Assembly: GCA_053919585.1 (NCBI GenBank) | Contig: CM132790.1 | Reading direction: 5' to 3' (one strand) | From: Euprymna scolopes | Lineage: Eukaryota | DNA: 64,000 bases | Shown here: piece by piece, positions 1 through 13,134 of the stretch | Position numbering within the stretch: the stretch's first letter is position 1 | How the letters are laid out: each line of letters starts with the position of its first letter | The notes under the pieces: model-generated | Told to the model about the DNA's origin: nothing | The model's input: the letters and a program-made list of their open reading frames with translations, nothing else | Databases searched by the model: none | Position numbers and translations under genes: made by a program

Positions 1-781
1 TTTTAAAGAGCGTATCATGCTGGCCAATGGTATCGTACAGGACTCACTGTTTTTAGATTTGGTTTAAAAACGCAAGTAGCGTATTTTTATTTTTACTTAG
101 GCAAAGTGACCTATTTAGAAAAAAAAAAACAATACTCGCAAGCCCAGGCCTCTGTTCCTTTCTGTATTCTTACTTCATTTTTTAAGGGATTTGACCTGTC
201 CTGTAATAACTACGGCATTTTTGTTTATAATAAAGGAACATTCTACATTAATTAAATAAAAAAGTTTAGGATCGGGCAACCATCTATCTAATAACACGTG
301 AATGTGTGCGTATGAGGATATCTCCACCTATATACTCAAGGAATTTTTAATCTACATAATAATAATTTTTACATGTAGACTATTCCAACATGTGAAAAAT
401 TTCAAATAGGTTTTCATCCGGTAAGAGTGCTTCTAAGGAAATATTGCTACGGGTTAAGTGTCTGAGTTTCCAAAAAGATACCAAACCAATCAAGATAGAA
501 CCCAAAAACACATAACCCACTATTTTATAAATTTGTTGTTCCAATCAATGCAGTTCGTAGGGAAACTATAAATTCCGAAACGGCTGCGCTGATTTTTATA
601 CATATGTACCGGACACTTTTTTAATATTTATAGTAAATAGATGAATTGTGTTCAACTGGATGTATATAACCTGTATACAGCTGCATGCGGAGGTCAACTT
701 TAAACTAAACGCTTTCCGCCGCTGTACAACACGTTTTCATGAATAAATTGGCCAGGAAAGAATATTTGAACATATAATGAA

Positions 782-785
<4 letters not shown>

Positions 786-868
<83 letters not shown>

Positions 869-908
869 GGGTGTATGTGGGTGTCTGCGTCTGTGTGTCT
901 GTGTATGT

Positions 909-947
<39 letters not shown>
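786..947. repeat. (TA)n and (GA)n microsatellites, representative of ~20 (TA)n tracts in the window
   Basis: Direct observation. Other tracts at ~7303, 9127, 10919, 13076, 20155, 24215, 31633, 34629, 35648, 41790, 42660, 43307 and 50849. Confidence 0.99.
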
Positions 948-950
<3 letters not shown>

Positions 951-1049
951 GTTTATAAGTTATTAAAAGGGCCAATTTATTTGCTTAACCAGATATTTTT
1001 ACATAAAAATCCTTTACAATGATTAAGATAATGTCTACTATAACAATAT

Positions 1050-1620
1050 ATCTGACAACTACTTAATTATAAAAAATAGGCGATTAAGTCTTTTGAAAAA
1101 TTAAACAGGCTTGAAAGGACAATTTATGTTAATTGATATATGCTTTATTGAACTTAAATTAATGTCACTCACATTTAATGCAACTGCGAATTATTCGAAA
1201 TCTTTAATATAAATGATAACTTACTGTCTATTTTAAATGCATGGTTTCATTTATCGTGAAATTATAATGACTTTACTTTAAATTTACAAAATTACTCAGC
1301 CAAAATGGTGCGATTGTCTTAAACAAAATTATTCATTTGGAATGCTCCAAATCATATAACATAAGCTACTGTTGATTTAATATTTAGTATCTGTGGTAAA
1401 AAAAAAATTAAAATTAATTTGTGATGATAGTTTTTGCAACTATTTACTTTAGTCAATATCGCATGCCACTTCTTTTATTGGATTATTTCGATTGTCGATT
1501 ATCAATACTTATGAAACATATTCAGATTCTAAATAATTATATGGGCACTGCCAGACAAATATTAATGGACCACCGTGCGAAATTTAAAGATCACTCCCGG
1601 AAGTTTAGGTGCACATAGGG
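1050..1620 (+). mobile_element. Possible highly decayed PLE fragment
   Basis: ORF 1421-1618 contains NYMGTARQILMDHRAKFKDH, resembling the GIY-YIG YxGxTxRxLxxRxxEH motif. KSFEKLNRL upstream resembles a PLE N-terminus. Confidence 0.35.
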
Positions 1621-1837
1621 AACGAATGCACACACAAACACATACATTACTATTTTTCGCGATTCCGGTCCATTACCGATTGCGATTTCGATTATTTATT
1701 GATCTACTAACATAAACATAAATAGTTACAGTAAAAAAGACATGTTAACTCTGTATGTATATTCTCAAACATAAAAATACAATTGTGGGTACATGATTTA
1801 TAAATTTTATTTTTACTGGTATTTTGCAATCAATAAC

Positions 1838-2049
1838 TGTTATGGCTTGCAATAAGCCTCGCAGAGAAAAACAATGGACTTTAAACAATGTATTACTGGA
1901 ACAACCACATAAAAAGGTTTCAACTGAAAAGAGTACTAAACGTCACCAAGCAGACGAGGGTCGCTCTGGTGTTTAATCAACACCTGGGATCAAAAGGTGT
2001 ATAGTTTATATAAAGGATAGAACAGCCGATTTGGATGGGGATTCCGACA
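1838..2049 (-). repeat. 3' LTR (~212 bp) of the Gypsy element
   Basis: On the minus strand it starts TGTCGGAAT right after the polypurine tract and ends CCATAACA. No clearly matching 5' LTR is visible. Confidence 0.65.
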
Positions 2050-3777
2050 CCCCCTTCCCAATCTGATTCCGCAATTGTGAAAATCAATATTTCTTACTTT
2101 TAGGACAGACCACCAAGGGGTATGTGCGTTTCCTCTTTCTGCCGGAGCGTCTCGGTTCTGACATCCCTTTTGGACGGTCTATGTCAAAACAGTCATACAC
2201 AGTTTCAATCGTCTCGCATCGTCTCACTGCCGTCCTGCCGTGGTTCTTCTTGATCCTTGTGGAAGCGTTTCCTGATTTCCTTGAGGTGCCCCTTTATATT
2301 GGAACTTTGTGTGCTGAATGATGCATGACCATTCTTCGTAAGATCGTGCCCTGTTCCAAAAAAGAAACGTTATTTCTAAAATGTCTAAAATACACGTTAT
2401 CTCCGCTTTTAAAGCGTTTCGTTGGCATTGTTCTGTTGTGTACTATGTGTTTTGGTAGCAGTTTATCAAATACGGATATTTATTTTCCGTCCAAACATGA
2501 TTTCTGCTGGGGATCCCGCATCTGGTTTGTTCGGATTTCTCATGATTCTGTAAACCTGCAAAAATTGCTGAAGGGCCTTTTCTGTCGGTGTACGGGCGCC
2601 TTTTTAATGCCCTTTTAAGCGTATCGACGAAGCGTTCGGCCTGGCCATTGCTTTTACGTGGTACTGGGGTTCCGTAATATTCTTGACTTGATACGCTCGC
2701 AGAATTCTCTGAACTCTGTCGGAGTGAACTGTGTAGTGTTGTCGCAAACCAGAAAGTCTACAACCCCAAACTGAGTAAACAATCCAATTAAAAATGTGCC
2801 GTTGTTGCCGTGGTCGGTTTTTTGCATCTTAGTACCTCTGGATATTTAGAGTAAGAGTCACCTACTATCAGGTAGTAAAAATCCTCCACAGGTCCCGCCT
2901 AATCGATGTGGGTCCTCGACCATTGTTGTTCAGCCTTAGGCGAAGGTTTGTATGTTATCTGTGGTGGTTTTGCAGCCAAATCACAGCCATTGAATCTGTT
3001 CATCATGTAGGTAATAACTTGGCCCATAGCTGGCCAATAAACAAAACTTCTCATTAGGCTTTTCAGTCTATTACTTTCTAGATGCATCATGTGAAAATCA
3101 CTGATAAGTCTTTTTTGACGAGTTTGGTGGATGACAACCCTTTAATCGTATAACAGTATTTCGTCACATCGAGAAACATGTCTGAACTGCTGTCAGCGAG
3201 TGCTAATTTCTGCTTCGTGGTTTTGATAAATTGTCATTTAATACGTAGTGCCGCGATTACTGTATACTCAAGAGGTTCCATTTTGGTAGGAATCAGGCTC
3301 GATTGACCGTCTGCATGGACTAGTTGTTTTTTTTGGGGGGGGAATGTAATTGTAAAATTATGGTTCAGCAGAATAGTTCCCCATCTTAATAGTCGGTCCG
3401 CAGTGAATGTTGGAAATCCTGTTTTTTTTTTCATCCAAAAATGGATCTCAACGACTTATGGTCGGTTTGTAGAAAAAATGTCTTCCGTACAAGAACAGGT
3501 GGAATTTTGAAACTGCAAATATAATTCCTAGGACCTCTTTCTTGATCTGAGAATATTTTTTTTCGCTGGAAAGAGAGTCCGTAATGTGAAAGCAATAGGC
3601 TGTTTCCAGCCATCCGGCATTCGATGCAACATTTACGCACCGACGACATATTGACTAACCTCGCTAGCTACTATTATGTCTAACTGCGGGTTGAAATGCG
3701 CTAGGAATAGTTTTGAAGTAAGGAGTCTTTTTATTTCTTGGAATGATGTCTGGCAATCTTCTGTCCACTCCCAGGCC

Positions 3778-4602
3778 TTAGTTTTTTTTCAGCAATTCAT
3801 TAAGTGGGCGCACAATTTGTGCATATTTAGGATGAACCCCTGGTAATAATTTGTTAAACCTAATAAAACTCTGCAATTGTGTTGTTTTTATTGGTGCCGG
3901 AATTTCTTTAATAGCGGTCGCCCTATCTGGATCTGGGCGTCTGCCATCTTCATCGATTATTTCATCCAGGTATTTAATTGTTTGTAAAAAGAACTCGCAG
4001 TTATCTTCTATGATCTTAAATCTATAATGTTGTATTCGACTAAATACTTGTCTGATATGCTTTTCATGTTCCTCCCCGCTTTTGCTCGCTATAATAATAT
4101 CATCAAGATATGCGATTGCGGTGTCCAAGTTTAACAGCATAGTATCCATTACTTGCTGCAATATTGCTGGCGCCGCCTTGATACCCACCGCGAGATTTTC
4201 GTATTTGTACAAACCCCGATGAGTGTTATTACAGAGGAGGTTAGCGCGTTTGTCATTTACCGGCATCTGTAGGTAAGCGTCGCTTAGGCCGATCTTAGAA
4301 AAAGACTTGCCGTCATGTAATTTTGTGAACACTTCTTCTGGACTAGGTAATGGATAGTGAAAATCTTCGAAGGGCCCGTTGAGTCCAGTCGCAAAGTCTG
4401 TGCAAACGCGAATTTCCCCGTGCCTTTTCTTTACATAAACTGTCGGAGCAGCCCACCCACTATATTCAATTTTACCCAGTATGCAGATGCTTTCTAATCC
4501 ATCTAGTTCCTGATTTATTTTGTTCAGGGAAGCGAACGGGACATTACGTCTCTTTTTAAACACCGGTTGTGTGCCAGGTTTTAACTTAAAATCTGCGGCC
4601 AT
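3778..4602 (-). pseudogene. pol: Gypsy reverse transcriptase fragment (274 aa, longest ORF in the window)
   Basis: PVFKKRRNVPFA, WAAPTVYVKK, IRVCTDF, YPLPSPEEVF, LSDAYLQM, NTHRGLYKY, AYLDDIII are Ty3/Gypsy RT motifs. Flanking domains are frameshifted. Confidence 0.93.
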
Positions 4603-6749
4603 GTTTGTACATCTGTCCAGGCCGGGAGTAAATACGTTTGTGAATTCTTTTTTAAAACAAGTTATAAGTTTCTCCGTTTCTGCTGGCGGGTATCTATTTT
4701 CTTGCAGAATGTTGATATGGGAAGATCCCAGGGACGAAACTCATCCATGCTGTCAGAAAGGAACAGGTTCTAACTATCTTTTAACACATACAATCTTTTT
4801 TTTTTTTTATTTTTCCCCCCGTTTGTAATTAATTCACCTCCAAAATGAATTTTTGAACCATTAACGGTCGCCGCCGTTCTATTAGTTTTTAACATAGTCG
4901 GCTTTCGTAATATATTCCAGGTTTGAAAGTTATTATTGAAACATCCGATCCACTCTCTAATTGGAATTTAACAGTCTGTCGAAAATGTCAACGGTTACAT
5001 ATCTGCGTAGATTTTCATCTACGATGTCCTTAGTTTGAGGTAATTTTTAATTTGAGGTAACGCCTTCTATTCTGAGTTTTCTTAGAGTGCGATCTTTTAT
5101 GACCGGTCTTATTGCATAAATTGCCTCTTTTTGCTACTGCATTCCACCACATTTGAAACAAGCGCTCGGTGCTTTTAGTTTTTCTGAGTTTCGGTGGTTA
5201 GCGTCTGTGTGCTATTTCGACGATTTTTCTTAGTTACTTTTTTTCATTATTCGCGACGCCTGTTTCGAAATTCCTTGCATCTTTTTTTTTTTTATAATTT
5301 CTACGTTTTGATAATCCTCAGTCAATTTTTGAAGTGTTAATTCGGTCCATTTTCTAATTTTGTAAATACTCTGCGCGTGATTTCCGCATCTTTTCCCGAG
5401 GTTAACCGTTGAGTAAACACAAGACATTTAAAACTGTCTGCTGTTTGTTCAGAAAACTTAAATTCATCACAGTGTTTGTTCACTACAGCTGCGTAGGTGG
5501 AAAATCGTCATTATCGTCTTTTACCACATTCAAACATCTCCAAAAAAGAGACGTTTCAGGTGAGAAAAGCTCGCTAACAAATTTACCGTCTCATTGAATG
5601 ATAAATTTTCTGTTTTCCGAGGCAAGATTTAATACACGAATTTATCATGCTGAGCCGTTTCCAATTTTCGTAGTAGAAGTCTGGTGTTCTTTTGAGCAGA
5701 CCAGTTGCTGCAGTCTATATTAAAAAAAATATCGCGGTCCATACTGTATTCTGAGAAAATGCTGAATTGCTTTCCGCGTTCGCATTATTCTTAACAATTT
5801 CTTTAAGCAATTCGTCTGTTCGTAATTGATGTTCGCCGAACTGTTTTTGACCTTTTTTGCTGTTCCTCAGTTCGTATTTGACATTCCGCTAACTGTTTTT
5901 GCAATTCTTTGTTTCTGTTCCTCGAATCGTGCCTGACGCTTTGCAGCATCGATAAGCAACTTGCTCAAATGTTCCAACGCTACTTTCAATTCATCCATTT
6001 TGCTTTGTCAGCATTAGAAATTTTAAAACGTTCGCGGATTTTTACAAAACCGTTTTATTCTGTCTTATTTCTTTCTCCAGGCAATAAAACGAACAGAAAA
6101 ATATAAGTATATAAAAAGTTCATTGCCTAAAAAACAAAAAAGTCAAGTGTATATTTTCCTCCAGCAGCGAAAACCGCAAGTGACGAATCCTATTTCCAAA
6201 AGTATAAAAATTTACCTTTCTAAGTCGCGACGAATGTTTTTCTTTTTGCAAAAGTACAGCGCAATTTTTAATAGCCGTGACGATTTTTTTCTTTTCAACT
6301 CTTTTTCTCCGTAACGATCTACGTTTTTTTATTAGTTACCGTGAACCTTTCAGTTGCAAGTGTTATACTACACACTTCCTTAGGCTTGATAAAATTTGAG
6401 TCCGACGTCGTTAGTATTTTAAGAATAATATTTCAACGCGAGTAGTTTTTCAATGTCGTTACTGGTTTCGCTTTTAGTATGCTCCTTGAATCCAGTGTCG
6501 TCAGTGTTTAGTTTTTTAAAACACTTTCTTTTTAAATGTTAGTACAGTCTCCTAATCCAATATCGCCCAAATGAAACAACTTAAAATCATTGAAATTCAA
6601 TTTATATATAGTTATAAACACTTTTGACATAATAATTACCACATATACCGGGGTAAAGAAGAAAATATATCTGTCATTATGCCACTTATTTAAATAATAT
6701 AAATACCCGATAGATCTATTTAACTACTTATTCATTTAAAATATCTTTT

Positions 6750-7120
6750 AAATAAAACAATTAAAGAGGAGGACGGAATTTTAAAACTAGAAACTGATGA
6801 TTGGATAACAAAGCAAGAAATAGAATGAAAACAAATGAAATAAAATCAATAAATAAAAAAAAACCCTTTCAATAAGGAAGAAAGTCGCCATAATAAACGG
6901 AAGAAACCATAAAAACTAAAATAGGGTTGGAGCAAGAATATTAGCATAATATTATTTCAGATCAAATCGAAATCTTAGACCAGTAAATAACAGTCAAATT
7001 AAAAGAATACCAACATGCCTCCATTGCGACAGCTTAACCACACAGAAGCGTACTGCCCCCTGCTCCTTCACCTTTTATCTTTTCCTTCAACACACTTAGC
7101 CTCAAAAGCCCTACTGCTCA
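6750..7120 (+). mobile_element. Possible LINE ORF2 C-terminal fragment
   Basis: Translation RVGARILA*YYFRSNRNL...PTCLHCDSLTTQKRTAPC resembles a C-terminal CCHC knuckle. Confidence 0.3.
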
Positions 7121-7297
7121 CAGTCACAAAGTATTTACTCTACTTACTACCAGAACGTTAACTAAACACAAATGTCTTATAAAACTAATGTAATTCTGAC
7201 TCCTGCTTCGATATCGATTCTTTTTTTTCTGATAAGGTGCTATCCTTAAATTGGGATTCAACTTAAACATGTATGCACATATGTTAGTATAATAAAC

Positions 7298-7376
<79 letters not shown>

Positions 7377-7479
7377 CCTTACTTGTGAATTTTACCTCTT
7401 TATCCAATGTATATTTACCATATCCTTTTGTACTTCTACTTTTTTCTTGTTCCTGCTTCTTTTCTTTTTTTACAAAGGA

Positions 7480-7810
7480 GTTACCACGGGGCCATTGAAG
7501 AATAAGGTTTAATATGTGCACAGTGCGAAAATGTCGTAGTAATCATCAGCAGTGGATTACTTAAGGGGATGTCTGATCAATAACTTTTTTCACGCTGAAA
7601 AAGAAAGCTTTACTCCAGGAATTTACGTTTAGGATTAAGCATAGATAAAAGAAGGGGGAATTATTGATAGTGGTTACAGCTAAACGAGTGTTTTTATCGT
7701 GAAAGTCAAGCCGGAGGATGCTTAGATTGGAGGTCAGACGTGCACTATCCATGACCATAACGATAAAGCAGAGGCATGTTAGCAACGTCTCGTCTGAGGG
7801 AAGGGGTTTG
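7480..7810 (-). mobile_element. CR1/L2/Jockey-type LINE 3' fragment
   Basis: Minus translation LRRDVANMPLLYRYGHG*CTSDLQS...TRLAV matches the LINE C-terminal RRxVAxLxLFYRYxxGxCSxEL motif also seen at 33.2 and 40.1 kb. Confidence 0.6.
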
Positions 7811-8986
7811 CAGGAAAAAGAAAAGTGTAATACCGACTATGCTATTACAATTACAAAATTTGTTATGCAAGTATAATTCACTTTATATTTCTAGTTTCTT
7901 TAAATAAATTAATCAGCAAAAATTAGTGTATATTTTCCAAATCTCTTTCGCTTATGAGAAGAATTGCATTTCTCGAAACTCAGCGGAATGAGGTCTTTCA
8001 AGTTTATTCATACAGCTTATAGGATAAGTACAGGTTTTAAACGTTTTTAGAAAATTTGAATAAATTGTCACTACTATTTTTCTAATATGTATATACATAT
8101 GTATGTTTGCGTGAGTGTACGCGTGTTTTACTTGAATTTAGAGAGAAATTCTACATTTATTGATATCAGCGTATAATGTCACCGTGTTGTTTACTATATA
8201 ATTTTTATTATTATATATATACATGATGACGATAATTTTCATATTTCTTCTTTTTATACAAGATCTTAAGAACATGTAAAGGAAGCATTACAGAAATTTC
8301 ATGTTTTTCTGTGTAGTTGTTTGTGCGTCTCTTTGTGTGCTTGTTTGTCTTCTCTATAAAATGGCAAAACCTATTTTGTCTACGCATATTTACAAAAGCA
8401 TATTTATAAATACATGTACTAGAAGTTGTAGACATTAAAACCTGTTTGAATCAACTTTCAGATTGTATTTTCATATATTTACCTCACAATTTCTGCACCC
8501 TCCCGTTCTCATTTTTATTCATACTACTTTCCATCTTCGTGTCCGTATTTCTAAATTTCCATTCTCTCTCTCTCTCTCCCCCCTTTTCTTTCTCTGTCTC
8601 AGTTTTATATGTACGCCCTAACTCATTGGCGCAGTCTTAAAATCCTTGCCTCTCATATTACATTCCACTCTGCCCACGTGACATAGTTTACAAAATGACA
8701 TTTATTCATGTACGTCTGTAGTAATAATAGATTCTGCATCTAATTTTAGATGCGTGTGTGTGTTCCATATCACTGCTTCACGAAGTGTGAACCTCTCCTC
8801 ACATCCGAATTATCGTGACTGCAGTACATTTGTTGTTATTTGTTGTAATAAATGATATGCGTTTGCATGCGGGTAGGTATAAAACAACTGTTATAGTAAT
8901 GTATACCTCCTTGCATGTTTACAAAATACTTAGAATTTGATAACATACACAAGTACACGTAAACATTGTAAACGCACTTATATATA

Positions 8987-9123
8987 CAGGGTGTCCGTAA
9001 AGTTACTATACAGTCTTATTGTTACAAATAAATAGTTTAATACAATATCTTACTGTACTGTTAATGTATTACAGGGTGTCTGTATAGTAACTTGTAAGGC
9101 TGTATAGTAACTTTACGGACACC

Positions 9124-9126
<3 letters not shown>
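8987..9126. mobile_element. 140-bp Tc1/mariner-type MITE
   Basis: Perfect 27-bp TIRs (CAGGGTGTCCGTAAAGTTACTATACAG at 8987-9013, reverse complement at 9100-9126), flanked by TA on both sides. Confidence 0.9.
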
Positions 9127-9207
<81 letters not shown>

Positions 9208-9670
9208 TACAATTTTATAATTTTTTCTCTCACCCCTCTCTTCGCCTCCAATTTTTAATCGTGTAATTGTCTTATTTTAATCGCTTCCGACGAGATCTCT
9301 TGACAAGGGTCGGACGAAAAGTGCCCCGGGGTTCTTTTTTTTTATTTTAGTCGAATAGTCTTTTGACTACTGAATCCTACTTCAGTAAAAACACATATAC
9401 AACTGGTAAGAGTTAGTTAGTGTAAAAGTTGAAAAAATTTTACATTCAGAAAATTATACGTAAATTGCACAAATATTTCTGCTTGCAGTAATAAGAACAT
9501 AAACGGTAGTGCTAAGAAGGGTAATTATTTTCTGCACAAACACATTTAAGAAAGCTTCACGTTTTCCGTAATAATTTTACTAGAGAAATACTCATAGAAA
9601 TGTTTCAAACCAAAATAACACATCCATTTCTATATTTATAATTTACAAAGTTATCCCTTTTTTATTATTG

Positions 9671-9705
9671 ACTAGCAGGACCAGTTTACCGGGTTTGCCC
9701 AACGA
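9671..9705 (-). mobile_element. Helitron-type 3' end (GC hairpin plus CTAG|T)
   Basis: Reverse complement reads TTGGGCAAACCCGG...TGCTAGT, the same pattern as the ends at 19115, 42270 and 49994. Confidence 0.45.
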
Positions 9706-10479
9706 TTTTTACAATAGTAACTAAAAATATTAAGTTTTTTTTTTTTAATAAATCCACGATCAAATTAATTTATTTCTGTTTACATGCTCATATAAACACC
9801 TAATAATGTAATTAATGCGCCTTATTTCTGTGCAATATCTGATTTGAATCTCGTTAGTAATTAAATTATCTTCCTGTAGTAAATGATAAATAGAAACTTT
9901 CAATACTCCTTATAGATTTGGCTCTATCGTCCTTTTATCTTATTATATGATGCTTTTTATAAGCATTGTTTATTAACGGATAAAATAAATATGTATACAA
10001 TACAGATTTGGAAAAAAATTCCTACAGCGTATAAGATATATATATATATACATTTTTTTTTAAATGCGGCGTGAGGTAGCACAGAAAAAAAACGTTTTTT
10101 TTTTTTTTTCAAATGCTTTACCGCACACATGTAAAGAAAATATTAAAGGTTAATGAAGCATGATCGGGAAATGCTGAAACCAATATTATATTTCGTAGAA
10201 GAAATATTGTTCGCATCAGCAACATTGTTTTTATAAGAACAAGGAAAAATCTCTAATCTGATGCTAACTTAGGCAAAAGTTTCATATGTAAATCGTGCAA
10301 ATTTATTTCATAATTAATATTTTTTTTTAAATTGTTGTAAAACCTGGAGTAATCTCATTTTTAGGCAGCTGAATGTTTCCCACATTAAGAATAAAAAATG
10401 CGCACAATTTAATCTTGTGTTTTAGCAAGTACTATGTTTATATTATAACCTAATTATTTGACAACATCTTCTTTACATG

Positions 10480-10915
10480 AGGCGGGAAGGCGCATAATTA
10501 ACTATTCTGTATATTCAACTAAAAATAATGAACACAACAACTGAAAAAAATTATTAATCTTGGAAATCAGATTCCCTAATGAAAAATTAAAATTTGATTG
10601 CCTTTCCCATCTGCCCAACGTATTACCAAAGCCAGGATGAGTAAGTCTTTAACATGTGTATTCTCTAACTTAACATAACTATTTGGTAAACAACATTAAA
10701 ACTAAAACTGGCCAAGTTGGTTCAAACCGAGTTTTTGTTTTTTGCCTATGCAATTCCAAAACCTAAGTGTGTGCAATCTTAATATTCAATAGTGGGCTGC
10801 CATGATCGATTTGAACAATAATTCTACCAAACATTTTAAAATAACATGTGATAGTTTAAAACAAGCATAGAAAAACAAAACACAAATAAAACAAGACTAA
10901 CTTGTGTGAATTTAT

Positions 10916-10981
<66 letters not shown>

Positions 10982-11420
10982 GGGGTATATTTATTTTAAT
11001 ATTATTACTTAAGTGATTATTAAACAGAGATTCAAAATGAATAAAACCATTAAAATCAATATGGTTTCTTAGCATATAGGATGTACTTTTTCTTCAAACA
11101 AAGTAAACATATAGTGTTAAAATGAAATATTCTAGATGCGAGTTTGGTTAAATTACTAGTATTTTAAAAGAAAAGCTAGTACAACGGATACTGTGCGTAT
11201 TAGCGGGAAAAGATGAAAGCGTAACCCAATTTGCCTGATTCTAATTAATAACTGGCATTTTATTAGTAATATACCTTGGAAATGTAAAATTTCTGATTCG
11301 AATAAATTAATATAGTAAATTTTAAGTTTGCGAATTATATTTGTAAACATTGCGCCTGCCACCTCATAAATCTGAAGGTTTAACATATTCAGAACGGCTG
11401 AGTAAGAAAGTTATATAATT
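10480..11420 (-). mobile_element. Decayed Penelope-like element (RT plus GIY-YIG)
   Basis: Minus-strand motifs in PLE order: YEVAGAMFTNI (SxDVxSLFTNI), HFQG, AIG..LSSFPAN (AMGSPLSPxxAN), RNHIDFNGFIHFES (YRKxT..HFxS), NVVYQI (GIY), LVIRWAD, LNIQNS*L. Confidence 0.65.
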
Positions 11421-13071
11421 TATCGCTAAATGACAACACATAGACACATGAAAACGAATAACTAAGCATTATTGAGATCTAAAAGCAACACAATGTGTTT
11501 GAGCACTATCCGCTGATTGAAGATACGAAGTGATTTAATAAAAGTGTGTATATTCATTTAATAACACGTTTATTAATATCGAATTAGAAAGCGACGTCAT
11601 TTGACTTGTCCTTAGATTTTTAACAACACACTAACAGGCAAACACACACAAATGTATATATATATGTATGTATATATATATATATATATAATCTTCATGA
11701 TATCTTCATGATATCTTCATGATAAATGTATAGTACTACTATAAACAGAATGTTTGTAAAAATAAAAGTGTGCCTTGACTATAATCGAGAAACAGAATAG
11801 TGGATTCCTTAGTAAGTATTACGAATGTTTTCATAAAGGTCAGCAATAAATCCATGATCCAGTACTAATCAAATAATTAAAGGACGAAATACATAAAAAA
11901 ATAAATAAATAGATACTATTTACATGAAAAATAATCAAAATTCTGATATTTTAAGGAAACTGACATTAAATATATTCCCATACATTAATTATTGTTGGTA
12001 GTTTGCATATCTAAATGCANNNNNNNNNNNNNNNNNNNNNNNNNNNNNNNNNNNNNNNNNNNNNNNNNNNNNNNNNNNNNNNNNNNNNNNNNNNNNNNNN
12101 NNNNNNNNNNNNNNNNNNNNNNNNNNNNNNNNNNNNNNNNNNNNNNNNNNNNCTAATATATGGGTAAGTGTTAGTTTTCCTCATAAAAACTGCTTTAAAG
12201 CGTCACCGCTCACTAATTGTGCCATCAAATTTCATTTTTTTACAGTTCGTAGGTCACTACCGAAGCTATGTTATGAAAAAGAATTCTCAATTTTCGTTCT
12301 TACTAACGTGCAAAAGTATTAAGAATAAGTTAGGGACGTAAGACACTGCTTCTTCTGATTGGCTGTTAATTACCCTGCCAACTTTTTAAACTGTAACGTT
12401 TTAGAGACGATTTCTTTTGATCGGGTGTTGATTACCGTAGCAACTCTTTCGTCGTCAACAACTTAATAAAACATAGCGCTAACGTCGCTGGTATGCAATT
12501 CTATGCGTTATATAGAGACTTAACAAAAGTGATGCCATTTGCCGTGGTAGGGCTGATAATCTTTCGCTTATGACGTCGCCCATTAATTTCGTTTTTCTGT
12601 TTATTTTCTAAATTACATCTTGGATTTGATGTTTTAATTTAGCCCATTATAGAAGGTGGTAATATTTTATGGATTGTTGAAAATGCATATGATATTGAAT
12701 ACAAAACAGAAAATATTGTTTCTAATACAGCTTTTATAAATATTGAATTGTATAAAAATACGAGCTTAACAAGTAATATGGTTAAGATGAAAATTAGATA
12801 AGTAAAAGACCAGTTGTTAAAACTGGAAAAGAAAATGACAAGACGTTCGAGTAAAAAATAATTGTTAAATTATGTTGTGTTAAGTAGTTTTGGAGTAATT
12901 CAATCTAATATTATATATATGAATTCTTAATGCTAAAATATATTTAGCTATCAAACTATTCTATTTTGTACTTTTATTTTCCAGTTTAAACAATTAATTC
13001 GTTTACTTTTCTAAGCCCAATCTTACACATATTATTTTCATGCTCACATTTACATATGTTATATATGTGGG

Positions 13072-13132
<61 letters not shown>

Positions 13133-13134
13133 GA

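Larger units (their letters stand above)
1838..6510 (-). mobile_element. Degenerate Ty3/Gypsy (Mag-like) LTR retrotransposon: gag-PR-RT-RNaseH-IN plus 3' LTR
   Basis: Minus-strand domains in Gypsy order: gag (FSQNTVW...KNTRLLLRKL, ~5600-5800), RT (WAAPTVYVKK, YLDDII), RNase H (LQTDHK, ADRLLRWGTILL), integrase (KSLMRSFVYWP, WSRTHID). PPT GGGAAGGGGG at 2050-2059 abuts a TGT..ACA LTR. Frameshifts and stops throughout. Confidence 0.93.

Noticed and set aside
700-975. ORFs rich in IY/YI, poly-I, poly-L or poly-Y, and ORFs running through X (here and throughout)
   Set aside because: Translation artefacts of (TA)n or (TAA)n microsatellites and N-gaps.
11691-11723. ATCTTCATGAT x3 tandem repeat; also short duplications at ~21446 and ~51085
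   Set aside because: Simple slippage duplications with no spacers; not CRISPR-like.
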